DNA of 64,000 bases from Tubiluchus corallicola (taxonomy: Eukaryota > Animalia > Priapulida). The first letter of the stretch is position 1; each line of letters opens with the position of its first letter. Positions 12,401 through 27,400 of the stretch are shown piece after piece. Made by a program: the position numbers and the translations under genes. The notes beneath the pieces are model-generated. The model worked only from the letters and a program-made list of their open reading frames with translations, had not been told where the DNA came from and ran no database searches. The stretch lies in the NCBI GenBank assembly GCA_030141605.1, contig JAQGDQ010000098.1, positions 372,001 through 436,000 of the forward strand. Direction: 5' to 3'.

Positions 12401-15400
12401 AATATGTAATCAGTGCCAGGCAAAAGGTGGCTAATTTGCGCCTCAGTTTCGTCTCCCGTAGTGTTCTGCACTCTCTCTCTGACAAAATAACATATGGTAA
12501 AGCAAGTGAACTAGGCAATGCCCTCTCTCTCTCTGACAAAATAACATATGGTAAAGCAAGTGAACTAGGCAAGTTAATTGCGATTATAAGCGTTCAACAA
12601 CTGTAAAGACACTAACTCATAGACGTTCACGTAAGAAAACAAAGTAAAGTGTAAAAACAAAGTGTAAAGAATGAAGATTTTGATGGTGCAAAGCTGCAGA
12701 GAGAAATCGCCGTAATGATTTGTTTAGACCATAACAAGAAATGAACACCATTCACCATTTGTAACATTTCAGGTCGTGGGGAATATACGTGTAAATTTCA
12801 AATAGTAAAAATCTTTTCTCAGGATTTACCTGTCCGATCCTTCTTGTCTGTAGAAAACTTGGTATGACTGTATTGGACCAAACGTGCTCGTTGGCGATTT
12901 CCACGACAACAAGACAAACCTGGTGGACAATGTCACCGCAGTAACATCTCGTGGAGCAGACGGAACCGGACGAGAACTGGTGCGACTCCCTGAATAAGTA
13001 TCGAATGTCGAATCGTGCATGGTATAATTCCATGGGTGGGAAATTACATCATGGAGGACTGTGCAAGGAAAAAAGCCAAACAAATAAAAATGCAAGCAAA
13101 ATAAAATAATAATTTCATGCATGCGTTTGGGGATTGAAAGTGGTCTTCCAATAATATATAAAAGGGTGAAAATTACAAGTAGTTCCAGTAGCTACTGTGC
13201 ATTATTCTTGGATCAAAATCAACTATTAATAATAAGCATAGTAAGTAAAAAATTGTGCAAGATTCAGGGTCTAAATTCTAAAACAACATTAAATTCGGGT
13301 TTCTTTGACTCCAACGTTGACTCTAAGATGTTAAACGGAAACAGCAAAACAAAAAGTAAAGGAAACCGGCAAACTCAAAATTGAGCATAGTAAACTAATA
13401 AAAAATGAACTTCTGCATTAGAATATTCATAAAAATGCTTAGGAAAATTTCATCAACTAATACATACAACAGAATTGTAAACTTGTCGAAATAGAAAATA
13501 GCATTTGCAATCATTCAAACTTAGTGATGATTAAACACAATTAATTAAGACAACAGCTTTTAATTAATAAAATATTGAGACAAGTTTAGAATTTTCAATT
13601 TAAAAAAACGACGAAATGTGTTTGGTTAAAATTACTAAATAGCAATAACGTTTTTTTTACTTTCTGTAATGCAAATAAAACAATAAAATCATTAATAAGT
13701 GACAGAAACTTAATTTAGTTAGGTGGCAAATGTGAAATATTAGTTAAACATTATCTATAAACAAGAAGTAGGCCCATTAGTGTATGCAGAAATAATTAAA
13801 CGAATAAAAACCCACAAGTGTAAAAAATAAGTTGTGTGACTGTCAAAAATAATGAGACGAATGTATCATTACTGACAGTAGATATAGTAAAAAGAAATAA
13901 TAAAGTAATAAGCAATAATAAAGTATAATCATGCAGTACTGTACACAACTTACCGGTACTATCTACTCTACTGTTTGCTACAGCTAACCATCCAAATAAG
14001 AAATAAAAAAAATAAAGAAACTTTTGGGATAGAACTCAGCACGAGAAGCAGACACCAAACCTATGTTAAATTCCGTTGAAATGCATTAGGTGTTGTATAC
14101 CACAAAATTTGGAATTAGTGGTTAATTTTAAGCAAATCGGGATAATGAAGACAAAAACAAAGAAAGGACACACTCATGATCACACTAAAACGATGGCAAT
14201 GTAACAGTAAATACATTCGATTATAACTTCGTAAGGCAATACAAGCTATCTGCAGAACAGCAACAAACCAAAGTAAGCATGTTCTACATCTCCATCACAC
14301 AAAGTTTTCAATTACAATAAATAACGTTTCAAGCTTGTAATTTACACCAAGCACATCTTTTATACAACTGAAACAGAATCAAAACTCTCTACCTCTCAAA
14401 CAAGGTATTTTATCAGTCATGTTACTTCCACATTTAGTTTCAAAATGCTTACATTCTAAAACACAGATATACTTTTCGGCTAACAGACAGACAAAATTTA
14501 CAATACTCACTAGGTGGAGTAACTATAAGTTGGGCACTTGCTTGGATGTTACCAGCCGAGCTTTGTCCAAAGCACTGGTACACTCCCTCATCGTTTGCCA
14601 CAACACCGTTAATTCGAAGACCTTTATCAGTAATCTACAAAAATGGAAAACGATTACATAACATTTAAAAACGAAATGAAAAACAAAATTATACATAGAT
14701 AAGAGCAAAAACAACAAACATTATTTGAACATTATTTGCTGCAAAAATTATATTTAGTCAAGAAATATATAACCGAGAAATTAGAAGAAACTTCAAATCT
14801 GAAGTAGCAAATCTTCAGTAAAAAATCTGAAGTAGTTTGCAATTTTCTGCACATCAAATATATTTTACAAATGTATGTTATAAGGTCTCCAAGTTAAATA
14901 CTTCGCAATTATAAGACTAACAAGGGCATCAGCGTCTAAAAAAGGTACAGAAACTGTTCGGAAATAAAATTTATTGTGGGGAAAAGGAGGAACGTTTTGC
15001 TGTTAAGCCTTATTGCTTCTATCTACAACAATAAACTATAAATACATTTGTGTAATTTCCTTCAGAGTGTTTAGGCCTAACTGTGTTATTAATAAAAATC
15101 ACATGCACTGTATGTGTACGGCCAAATACTGTCTCCATGAGTGTAGAACTAAATAAATGCAGATTTAAAAAATAATGAGAATGCTGTTTTAAATAATAAT
15201 GAGAAAGCAGTATTAAAGAAAAATAATGTGAATGCCTGAAAGCAAACGCAATTTACAAGATTTACAACACACACAATCTGTTCGGTCATTTATAACAACG
15301 CGGTAGACAATGGTCAATGATATATAGTACAGATGGATTCACGGGCCAGCATTAGTTTCTTGATGCCGCAACATTGCGTTCTGCATTTCAAAATGGAATA

Positions 15401-18400
15401 CACAAATAGCATTCAATTATGCAAACAAAGCATAAGCTAAAATAATTTTTGCAAAAATAAATTAAACAAATGTGTGGGCAATGGAAGTCAGAGCCTCTTT
15501 TACTAAACAGGTTTAATAAACAAAATCCCATTTAATTTTTTTGTTTATCTTTGACATGCATAAAGATATTTATCATTCCTACAATACATGCTTACAAGTC
15601 TAAGCAGCCAAAAAGCAAAAAGGCACACAACAATGCAACCTATTTGTAGAAATACCTGAAAGTATCCTTTTTCATCCTCATTTACAGGTTTTCCATTTTT
15701 CATCCAATAAACATTAGGTGCAGGATTGCCGTAAATGTCACAGCGCATCTCGATATCGGAACTTTCACTTGCTTGCATATCAGATGGCATTTCGATAAAA
15801 AATGGAGAAACTGCCAAATATACGAAACGTTTGAAATCCGTTTTGCAAAAAATAAAAAAGCGGCATCAAAACTATTTCAAAGTACCAAAAATTTGTAAAG
15901 TTATATGAAATTGGTTAACACAGTAATAAATGTCCGTGATATTATTATGTGTGACCCTCATAGAGTAAAACCTGAGAAAACTTTGACTAAATGAATCGAC
16001 TGTGATTGTGCAAGGTATAATGCACTTTACGAAAAACCAGGCAATCACAGCCTCAAGTCATCTTCAAAACCACTAAAATCAATATACTTTTTAAAATTTA
16101 TGATGCTAAAATGTTGCTGTAATTCGGGTACTAGAAAGTTAAGTAGAAGCAAATATATTGCAAAGAACTTACCATTAATGGCTATTATAGCGCCACTGTC
16201 AGCAGAATCTTCCACATTCTGGGCTCGGCACGTATAAGTACCCCTGTCAGACTCTCTCACATTCTCTATCTGGAGATTTCCCTGTCCTATTATGTGGAAT
16301 CGACTGTTTGGTAAGCTGTAACAAAGAAACATATGACAAAACAGAACAAATAAAAACAGTTACTGCATCTCTGGATTACTATGTCTGCTGGTCCTGCTAC
16401 AGTCAGTAGTCAAGTAGTGTCGGGTTTACAGCGTGTCCAAACTGTATAAAGAATTTATCTCAGAAACCTTTGAAAATTCAGTAAAACCACCTGTATACTA
16501 ACAAAAATGAGACAAGCTTACTTCATATCTATAGTGGATCCATCCTTCAACCACTTAATTTTAGGTGGCGGGTTTCCTTTCGCGGCACATTGGAGAGTTA
16601 TCGTCTGACCCTGCAGGTAGGTGGCATCACGTGGGGTTGCTATGAATTCGGGGGCAACAACATCATCCAGCGCTACAATGTAAGACATTAACTCAGCAAT
16701 AGAACATCTACTTGCATGCTTGAACGAGTAATATTAATTTAATTAATGAAACAATTTAACAACGTTTTCAACTTGCAAACATTTTACAGCAGTTTTGTGG
16801 TTTATAAAACGTTATTAAGTACAAGTTTTATTGGTCACTTAGCTTATTTCTCACACATTTAGCTCCTCAGGCTATATGGTTAGAACTGCTATTGCAGGAC
16901 AATTTATTATATTAACTTTATAACCACAGTGAAAGATGTGAAATTAATGAATATTTCTGTGAAGTTACACTGGCTAGGATTCCTGAGAGGAAACTGGTTG
17001 CTGTGAATTTAGAGAATTTGTGCACTACATAAATTTTGACTCTTTTTAATGTAATATATCAACTTCTTCACACGCTAATCATAAAAAAAAATTATCACAA
17101 AAGTAGCTTTTAATTATAAAAGAACTCTTTTCCAAAAACTGTCAGCAATTATTTTAACACCCTTTTATAACAATACCCTTTGTATCTAAATTCACACATT
17201 TTTTTGAAATAAATTGCAGCTATTGAACAAGGAACTAATTAGCAATTTGGAGAAATTAGCCAATTATGTGGGTTTGCGAATCTAGTCTTCCAGTCCCAAA
17301 TACATACTAGCTGATAATACACTATGCTTGTACTTTCACACAGTGAAAAGAATATTGACACTAATTAGTACTCGTAAAGGCATAATGATACTTGTAAACA
17401 GCATTAAAATTTTGTACCAAACAAAAAACATATGTGCGCTTGCAAACCAAAACTATCCACAAGTCGGCACACTTAAAACTACACTATACACTCATACTTG
17501 GTTTGCCGGACATAAACAGGGAGACGTCAGTCCAAATTTGCCGATTGTCCATATTTACCGATACTAAGCTAATGCAGTAAGTGCCGTGTATTAGAATCAC
17601 GGTAATGTAGAATCAATCACCTAACTGTCTCTAAAACGTCTAGTATGGACCGCTCCTATGCAAAAGTATTTAAAAACTATTGGCAACTGACTCTGCGTAA
17701 TTGACTCTACACTTTTATATATAGAGATATACATGTGGCTACGCTGATGTAATGATGTAAGTGACGGCCGCCAACTAGCGGTCAGATTGCGAAACAATGG
17801 ATTGTATCCGTAGTGTGCGTGACTTTTTAATGGTTCAGATTTTGTCCGATTCTTCCGATATCGGTAGCAGCGAGGTCCAGCAAACTGAGATATGAGTGTA
17901 ATGCTTTAAAGTAAAAAGCATAAAAATCGGATCAAATATAAATAGTTTTTTACAAAAAAAATATATATTGGATTTTCATATTCTAGCATCAGATTGTCAG
18001 GGAACTGTTTAAAAAATAACAAAAACTAAATTTTATAATCCTTTACCCGTGCTTCTCGGCCTAAAAACTAGTACTACAATTGTGAAAAACTCATATTTTC
18101 AAACTCCTGTAGTAGCTTGAGGAAGCAGCCATCTACTTTGATATGCTCTTATAGCAACCTCCTTTTATACATTCCTAAGTGTTTTTGTAGAAACACGACA
18201 AAAAACATGGTAAAGTTTAAAAGCGATTTTCTCAAGATTATGTTTTTCAGTATGTAGCAACTTCAAAGTGGATTACGATATCACAACCTGGAAATGACAT
18301 GCAGAGATGAACTTGGTATCAAAATGATCCTCATGAAATAGAGGCCCAGGGTACGTGAACAACGAGAAAAGCTTAATTGCCAACTTATTGAAGTTTTTGC

Positions 18401-21400
18401 TGCGTAAGCACACACATATGAATTTTCCAAATTTTAAGACAACCTCGGCTCCTGGACACAGATAACCTCCCTTCCGTACTCCAGCGATGTCTGTCTGAAT
18501 TCCATGCTCGACAGCGATATTTTCCCACATCCAACCAATCCACGTTGTTTATTTCCAAAGCCCCATTTGGTAAGACTATCATTCGTGACTAAAAAGAACA
18601 AAAATTGTTAAAAATAAGAAATGGCATAAACTAAAGCTTTATTGTTTTGTAGATCAATGTGGAATTCATTCAACAAAAATAATATAATGACTTTCAATAG
18701 GAGGCAAAAATAATAACAACAAAATTAACTAAAGCATTAAAACAATAAATAAGTTAATAAATCTATAATTCATATATTATTTATAACAGCAAAATAAATT
18801 CAAGCATTGCTATTTGTACTATTAAACTGCATCTCTGTTTGTTTTTAGGATTTTTTGCTGTGAACTAATGCACGGCATGCACGCTTGAAAAATATAAAAA
18901 AAAACAATAATACCTTGTCTATTGAAAGTGTTTCATCATTTTTATACCATTCGACAGAAGCCGGTGGCAAAGCTGCAGAAGTACATGGAAACCTGGCAGT
19001 CTGACCAAGATATACAGAAGTGTCCTCTGGTTGTTCGTCAAATTTCGGCAGTGCTGAAAAAAGATAATTTATAAGTAAAAGGGTCCTAATTGTTGACTTC
19101 AGTCTCTTTTTCACTGTTATCATTTGAGTAATGTCTTTTACCTGTTAGCAAATTTGAAACAATAAAAAAAAGTTTAATTATAACATAGTTGCATGTTCTT
19201 CAGGAGTTCAGGTGAAACTTTGACTTTATGGAATAAATTAGTGTTTCAACGGTTACCGCACAATTGAGTCTATCAGGAAAACACAAATCGAAAGACTTAC
19301 TTGCTATCTGTATAAGTGCGGTACGGCTTATGATGGTCCCCACGCCTTCAATTGTGGCCACGCATTGGTAATAGCCCTCGTCTGGCCGTTCATTCCGCGA
19401 GTGAATAACCTTTTTAATACGTAGTGATCCCGACGGTAAAATCTCTCTATAAAAATATACAAACACATGATTAAAAATAAATGGAGGTAATTGCTAGTTA
19501 CCTATTTATCACTTGAAGTGTTAGGAAAGATCTACTTCACGAAAAATAAGTGAATCAATTTGGCACAAAGATTTAATTCAGCATTAAAAATGAACGAAAT
19601 AATTACTAAAACATTAGTTAATTTTTAGAAAGCATCCATTTTACCTTCAACTAATGGCACAACGGTGCTAGTGAAAAACAAACACGTCCTCATTATTAAC
19701 AAGATATTTTGAATTTTCAAGACGGTGAATTGCAAATAGTGTAACTTAATAATTAATTGAGCTTGCTAACTTACCGTCGAGTGTCATCATCAAAATTGAT
19801 AAAAAAAGCATCTTTTTTCCATCGTATGATGGGCCTAGGACTGCCATCGGCAGAACAATTCAGTATTGCCTCTTGGTCCTTCGGTACAATAATATCACTT
19901 GGTTCCTGCCTAAAGTGTAATTCCTGGAACTGACGGGATGCTGCAAAAAGAAAAAAAACTTAAATGCAATTTCTTTTTAATGCTTTGTTCACTGCAAAGA
20001 GATAGTGCTACAGATGTGAATGATAGGGCAAAGTTAAAAAGCTATGATGACGTTGATGATGATGATGATCACAAAATTTAATTATAAACTTACTGTGCAA
20101 TAACAAGTTTTTACACATTAGGAACACGAATGCAAAACTTTCACATTAGGCTTGCTTATGTAGCACAATGGATAGAGCAACCAAACCTGAAATTTCTTTC
20201 CAGAGATTGCTTTTTTGTTGATGCAGTGCACTTCAATGTCGATTCCAAAGACTCGTTTCCAAAGAATGCATACACAAAATAAGCTTTTGTAATCGTAGCA
20301 GTTAACTTTGTTCACCATTAAGAAAAACGGCCTTTTCCTCAGCACCGCTTACATCTGGTAATCATGACAACAATATTCACAATGACAACTAGTGACGATG
20401 ATAATGACAATGAAGATGAAGATGACAACGACGATGTCAACTATAACGATGAAGACGACGGTTACAGGTAATGATGACGATGTCATTGCTACTGGTAACA
20501 CTAATTCCATCTCTTCCAATTAACAAAATTAAAGAAATAATGAGTGAATTTAGAAGAGCAACTGGAACGTCTCTTTATGAACCAATTAATGGCAAGCAGC
20601 AGAATGATGATGTTTATAAACTTAGTCAAACGTCGAATGATTAATTCGCACAACCAGTAGATAATTTTTCAGCAGAACTTCTAAGTAAGAATGTTCCAAG
20701 GTCAGTAAATGCTGTAAAAGAGGCGTCCATCAGTGAAACATCAAACGAAACAGGATTCTGCCCTCCTATTGCTTAGTCTGCCTGTAAGCCCGACACGATT
20801 CGGCTTTTCACACTTCATCAACACTTTGCAATAAAAAAACACATTAGGATTTGACCGCTTAAGCAAAATGTCTCGCAAAGCGCCCTAGAAAGATAACATT
20901 TTGCGCATTGTATGGTCGTACTTTCACACTTTGTTTGTGTAACTGCCAACCCGTCACAATTATTTATCCATTTCTTATCCGCCAGGCGGCTAGTGATCAT
21001 AGTCAAAGGAAAAAGCTGACTTTAAATGTCGTCACATGAGGAGGCAGAATGGAATTTAATGAAGTGTCGAACACTGAACTGTATCTAGCTATAAAAAATA
21101 AACGAATCCAATGCCTATTTCAAAAGACAATATTAATTATTAAAGAAAATTATAGACAGACGTAACACATCCCGTTTAGTGCAAGCAGTTTAGGTTGTCT
21201 TTACTATTGTGACCTTGGGCCTCCAACTTAACTTACGTTGTTTAAATCTGTCTACATTTGGCCCAAGGAGTTTTCGTTTACTCGCGCACACAAGACAAAG
21301 TGGGTGAATCAGCCAATGTATTCAAAGAACTTCATATAGTTGACCAAAAACATTATAGTCACACGTCACAGATCAAAGGTCAATGACCTGTGACCAAAAT

Positions 21401-24400
21401 CGAATCACCAGTTCCCCCTGTAGACTACACAGGTACCAAATTTGGCTGTTTCGGTGAGTCAGTGGTGCCATTTTCGTTAGATAAGACAAGACAAAATGTT
21501 ATAATGAATAACAGTAAGAAAAAACCGGAAACGGTGCCGACGTGGACGTTGCCGAATATATCATATGAACTTGCCCTAGCCTTAAAGTGGAACTAAAGCA
21601 AGTTAGGCTACCCACAAACGGCTAATAACTAATGGCAGCTGCCATGACAGGCCAAAATTTATGTGGGTAAATAATTACGCGCTGGTCAACATTAGCGCCA
21701 AACCGTTACATAAACCTTTACTTTTGGACAAGTCCTAGGCGCCATAACAACCAAGGCAAAACTATCTCCATTGCATGTATTTACAAACATGTAAACAATC
21801 TCTAACATTGTAATATAAATGAAGCCATCACCGGTTTAGTTAGAGCAGTACATTATCAGTGAGTATGAGATGTTCCAAAAATCAAATCCTATAAAATGGA
21901 TTCAAATGATGAGCCCCGGCAGTCTGCTGCTGTTCAGAACTACTATAGGACTAACATTTCAAGACCTGATTAGTACAAAGAAGTGTTACTAATTACTAAG
22001 TACTAGTAAAGCATTAGATGAAAGTAAATAAGTGTTACCGAGTAAAGGCAGGCATTCTAGAAATCTAGAATGTGCAAGCGCAGTTTAATGTCTCAACAAC
22101 ACGCATAGACAGTCTCGAATAATAAGTTTTCGGCATACAAAGAATTAACATTTTGAATTCTGATAGCTTCTCCTAACATCATCAGTTTTACGCCCACATT
22201 AATTAGACGGCGCAATAAATTCTTATTTTCCTAATACAAATGACTGCCATTAATCAATTACCACAGACGCATGATGAATTACAAAGACATGCAAAAATCC
22301 TTATGACTGAAAATTTCTGTGTTTGAAAATCTCTTCATTTCTCTTCCACTTACTGTTATTTTACAACGACTTGCCCCCTGGGATCTTAAATTCTGCCAAC
22401 TTTACTAACATTTGGAAAATATGCATACGCAAAATTTAGCTAAGAAAATGAAAATAAATTCCAAATAATATTTCCGCATTATTTGATTAATTTAACATTT
22501 CTTGTAACATGTGATGTATCTCAGTAGACGTCATTCAAAAGAAAGACGGGTAAGTTTTGAATTGAATTTCATTGTTAACTTTTCTCTATTTTAAAGCGCT
22601 CTTACAAAAGCTCATAAAATTTATCATTTGCCTACCACCGTGCCATCTGCTAGTATTTATTTCGTCCCTTCGGCACATCAGAAACAGAGTAAAACAAACA
22701 GAAGGACACCACGGATGAGATGGTAAAGGTCTCATTATGAGCCCCCTAAAGGGTAATGAATGCCCCTAAAGGAGTTTCTTGATAGTAAAATTGCAGTCCA
22801 TAACACTGATGGGACAACTGACAAAATAATCAGTACCAGGGGGCAATTCATTGATTTGTCATTGATTACTATTAGGTTGCAGCTGTCGTGTTCATTCCCA
22901 GGGCAGCAATCTTCTAAATATTTTTTACACAACTATTCATGGACACGTACACGAATGAACTTGTTCATAGATATTATGCAACAATGAGACGCAAACAAAT
23001 ATGACCTCGACCTGACACAATGTCACGAGAAGCTGAAAATAAATTTAAGTGCACGATTAACGCTCTCGAAATATTAAAGAATGTAATAGCAAAAACTTAT
23101 AAAAGATGTGGAGAAAACACCACCAACTTATCACGCTGAAATAGTCTGGAAAATGCAGTTAATTTTACACCTGGCAACACTGATTCATGCATGTATATGA
23201 CCTTCCAGCTGCTACATCACCTAGAGGATATTTAGAACTACAGTAAAATGTTTTTTTTCTGCTTGCCTTATGCGGTTTATCTACCAAATTTTTGTTTGAA
23301 TTTTTCTATGCATCTATATTTTTGCTCTTTTCAACAGTATGTAAGCTCAATAGGGGTTAACCTCCTCCATCAAATCGAGTATAAAAAGGCAATTTCTATC
23401 ACACAAAGCCGAACAATCATGCCATCCCGCTGCGTTCAACCGTGAAACGAAACGGCTATCCGCTAACGTTACTGATCCACTGGCAAAATATAGCAAATAA
23501 ATTAAATACGCTAATATTAACAATTTATTGAACACGTTTACTTAATAAGTATAAGAATCTAATACCTGGAAATACTTTACCTCTCATATGATGATAGGGT
23601 GAGATACTTTTAAACAGTACTAAGCTTTTGAATACGATATGCGAAAAAACATGACGCTTGTATCGGTTATTTTTAGGCGTATTGCGACCAAACTCGAATA
23701 GAAGATGACCTTAGCCTAATGTGTGTCAAAAACACGTGAACATAACAATCCTTTTCTTAAGATTAACATCTGTCTGACAAGAAGAAAAGCAAATCTTGTT
23801 GTATGATTTACAGCAAAGGAAAAACTAAATATTCGAATGGTCAACATCAAAGTCACCTTTCTGTTCGTCGAAGGCCAATAATTCCTCTGGCGGGTCTGAT
23901 AACAGACATCATAATTTATAAAAACGGCAACGTCCACGGCGACAATGAAACCACAATCCCATCAACCCGACTTTGTAAAATCCGGCCAAATATTTGACTT
24001 TGACTAGAAATTATTTAATCTTCCTCCTCAATCTAAGCGGACAATGGGCGATCTTTAAATGGAGCAAACATAATCTCCCATTAATAATCGACAAACCTCT
24101 TAAGAAAATACCCGTCCGCAGATAATGTCGTTTAAGCAATGCAAACAGGACGAGGTAAAAGATTATAAAAGGAAATGAAAAATTTTTAATCGATTTCGTC
24201 AGAAAGCGGGCATAAATTCTGTCTTTTCAAAAAGCAAAGGCACGTGATTTATTAAAAGTCTTAACTGTAAGGATCTAGTTATCATGGCTATGTATGCAAA
24301 ACGGTACTCAAATTGCTGAAAATATTTATCAATAGGAAAAGATTTTCCACATGAAAATGCTACAACTTTCAATAGTACAATCCGTTATACAACAAGGAAA

Positions 24401-27400
24401 CAACTAATTATGAACGTCACTCTAACAAATTATGAATGACAACATTTGTAGCATATTCTTGTCTATACTGAAGCAAAAGGTAATTTGGAGAGCGTATAAT
24501 TTCACATAAAAATTGCCAAAACCTTCTCTAGTCAGTGAAGTGATGTTACGTGCGAAAACATCAGCAGCTTACTACAATTATAAAAAATCGCACAGAAATA
24601 AAAATAAAAATAAAAAGTAAAAAAATATATTTACAACTTATACCATATTTTACAAATTTAAAATTCGCGTGAAAGAAAAATAGTTTGCTTAAAGTCTTGA
24701 GTAAACTACGAAACACTGTGGAAAGTAAACATACCATTGGATAAGATTATGTGATTCACATCAAGATTGCAACATTACAGAAACTCTTGAAAATAAGCGA
24801 ATCACTATATAAAATGTTATTACAGTTTACTGCACGCGCCATCACTATACAGTCTTGCAGGTAAACAGGACAGTTAAATTAAAACTTGTGGCGGTCAGTA
24901 ATTGTCTAAATGTAAAACATTACCTCCATCATCCCAAAGGACAAATTACTTGCGGTGACACCTGCTTTAAAGATAAAGGCCTCGGGTATACATAACACTA
25001 ATGACAGTGCAGGACTCCAGGTGAAAAATGATTATAGCTATTACAGGCACGTGGACAGGTGTTTGAGATTTACAGATCTCCAGATACTCCAAAGACAAGA
25101 ATTCCTCATACACTGTCATCATATTAGAGACCAAAGAATTTCATGCCCGGGTTTCAAGTAATTTAAAAATTGCGAAATGACTGAAGTTTTTCCGCCAAGG
25201 TTTAATTTACATGCAATCAAAACTAGCAAACAGACGATGCGCACTCACTTTGAGCGTTAACTGAAAACGACAATTTAATGCAGTAGTGACTAGAATAACT
25301 ACACTAACAAAAATAAATTTTTAAAATGTCTTTAGAATTTAAGTTCTGATTACATAACAGAGATCGTTCATTTGCAGAACCACGTTATCTGTAAGTGAGG
25401 ACAATAGTCGAAGAGTCACAGCAATCTAAGTCAAGTAACGTTGGGCCTGTTTAATAAGTGGGTTGATGATCTCTAAAAGACAGTTCCACTTACCAGTCTG
25501 CATCTAGCTACTGGCTAAACAATCCTGGACACTTCAATGTCTCACCTCGTAGAATTACTTTCTTTGAAGAAGAAAAAGAATTTGGAAATCAACTAATACA
25601 ATAGTAATACAATCAGTCGATTCTGCTGGACCCAAGTTGCTGAACGTGCCGAAATGGATAAAAAGTAAATTACTATATTTTGTCAACAATTAATGTTCAT
25701 TTAAATAAGGACAATAAGGATAAGGGTGTCTAACAACATTGTTAACATATTATTATTATAAGACACAACAAAGTTCACCAACAACATCGTCATCAATATC
25801 GTCACCATCAACATATCATCAATATCAACAACATCATCAACATGCAGCAGCGCCATCTACCAAAAACATACCTGACTTTCCCATCCAATAATAAACAATG
25901 GGCTTTTTCAGCTGACATTATAAACCCCACCTTCTTCTGTGAGATGTAACATAATTTGACCTCACCATTTACGTACTTTTATATCACGATGCCTTATACT
26001 ACTTTACCATGTTTGCAATGGTTATGTAATCCGTTTTTAGCAACAAACCATTTAAGATAATTTTGCTCAAAAACTGCCTTTTAATAACAATCTGATTACA
26101 TCACATAAAACACGCATCACCAGATCTTATTTACAAACAAGATCAATTACAACAGACAAGACAGTTCAGAACGACAGAAAGAATACTGTGACATGGGCGG
26201 CAATGAAATTATATCCGCTAGTCTCCAGATTATGGAAAATAATAATTTGCAGGAACCACCCATAAGTAAAACTGATCAACTGCAGAAACTGCAACCTTTG
26301 CAGTTCAATTCAAGGGCATACATGATCGGAATTTTGAAGTTATAGCAGGTGTTGATCTAGAATTAATTTCCAACAAATGCAGACATGAAAAATTGACAAG
26401 CCAACGCGTGAACCCTGGACCTCTGGAATATATTCACCCACAGGCATTAAAATTGACATTTGAACTGTTTATACAGTACAAATAAGTAAGCGTGAGTATG
26501 AGTAAGGCATTATATAATTATTACTAAATAACAGTGAGACTAATGCCCGCTGTTGTTTGTGTTTTTAGCTGCAGCTTCAACTCTGACACTGTTCGCTTGA
26601 ACTACGATAACCCTTAATGTTAGCACTGGTGCCATTTCTATAAAACGTCCCATTTATGGCAATTTATCGTATCCTTACAAAAACTGTTCAACTGTGCAGT
26701 GATGGAGCTTGCTGGGAGAGGCCGTTTAATGCTGGTGCACTCAGTGTGGTCCCTCATGGAAACAGACTGGAGGATTTTCACAGAGGACCGGAAATACTGC
26801 ATGTAGATTGTATTCCCAGGGGATTGTTGTGGAAATCCTACAAAAAACGATAGAATCCCCCACTGCTAAATGGCATGCTAGCGATTATCAAATTCAGTGT
26901 TAAATTTCTGTTCAATACTAAGAAAAAAATCAAATTTAATTACCTCGAAACGAAAAAACCTTAATAAAACCTGCTTTAACTTTTTTACTTAGGAACTAAA
27001 ATGAGAAAAAGCCACTCTGTTTGTCAAAATACTACACTACAATGCCCGATCTACCAACGTAAACCTTAGCCTACATTTTCTTGTTATCAGTAGCAAGCGT
27101 TTAGAGCCAGACAGTCTGACAGTTAACACGGCTTCATCTATGCAAAACAGAGAAGAACCCGCAGACGCTTGGCGCCAGCCAGGGCATCTCTCCCTCCTCT
27201 TCCAAAACACGCGTAGCATCGCTCTGCTCTGCACCACGCTGGTTTACATAGCGATATTATCCCAATTGATTTACTGCTTGATAAAGCGAAGTCTAAAACT
27301 TGAAAACTTCATCGGAGTCCATAAATTTTCTTTTATGGCGCGCTTTTGGTCATAAACTTCTCAAGCGGACTTCTCCCTTTTCACACACCGAGACGTGCGT

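Noticed and set aside
14453-14455. 3-nt microexon (ttttag|AAT|gtaagc)
   Set aside because: Upstream intron would be only 55 nt, far below the ~170-nt minimum seen in this gene.
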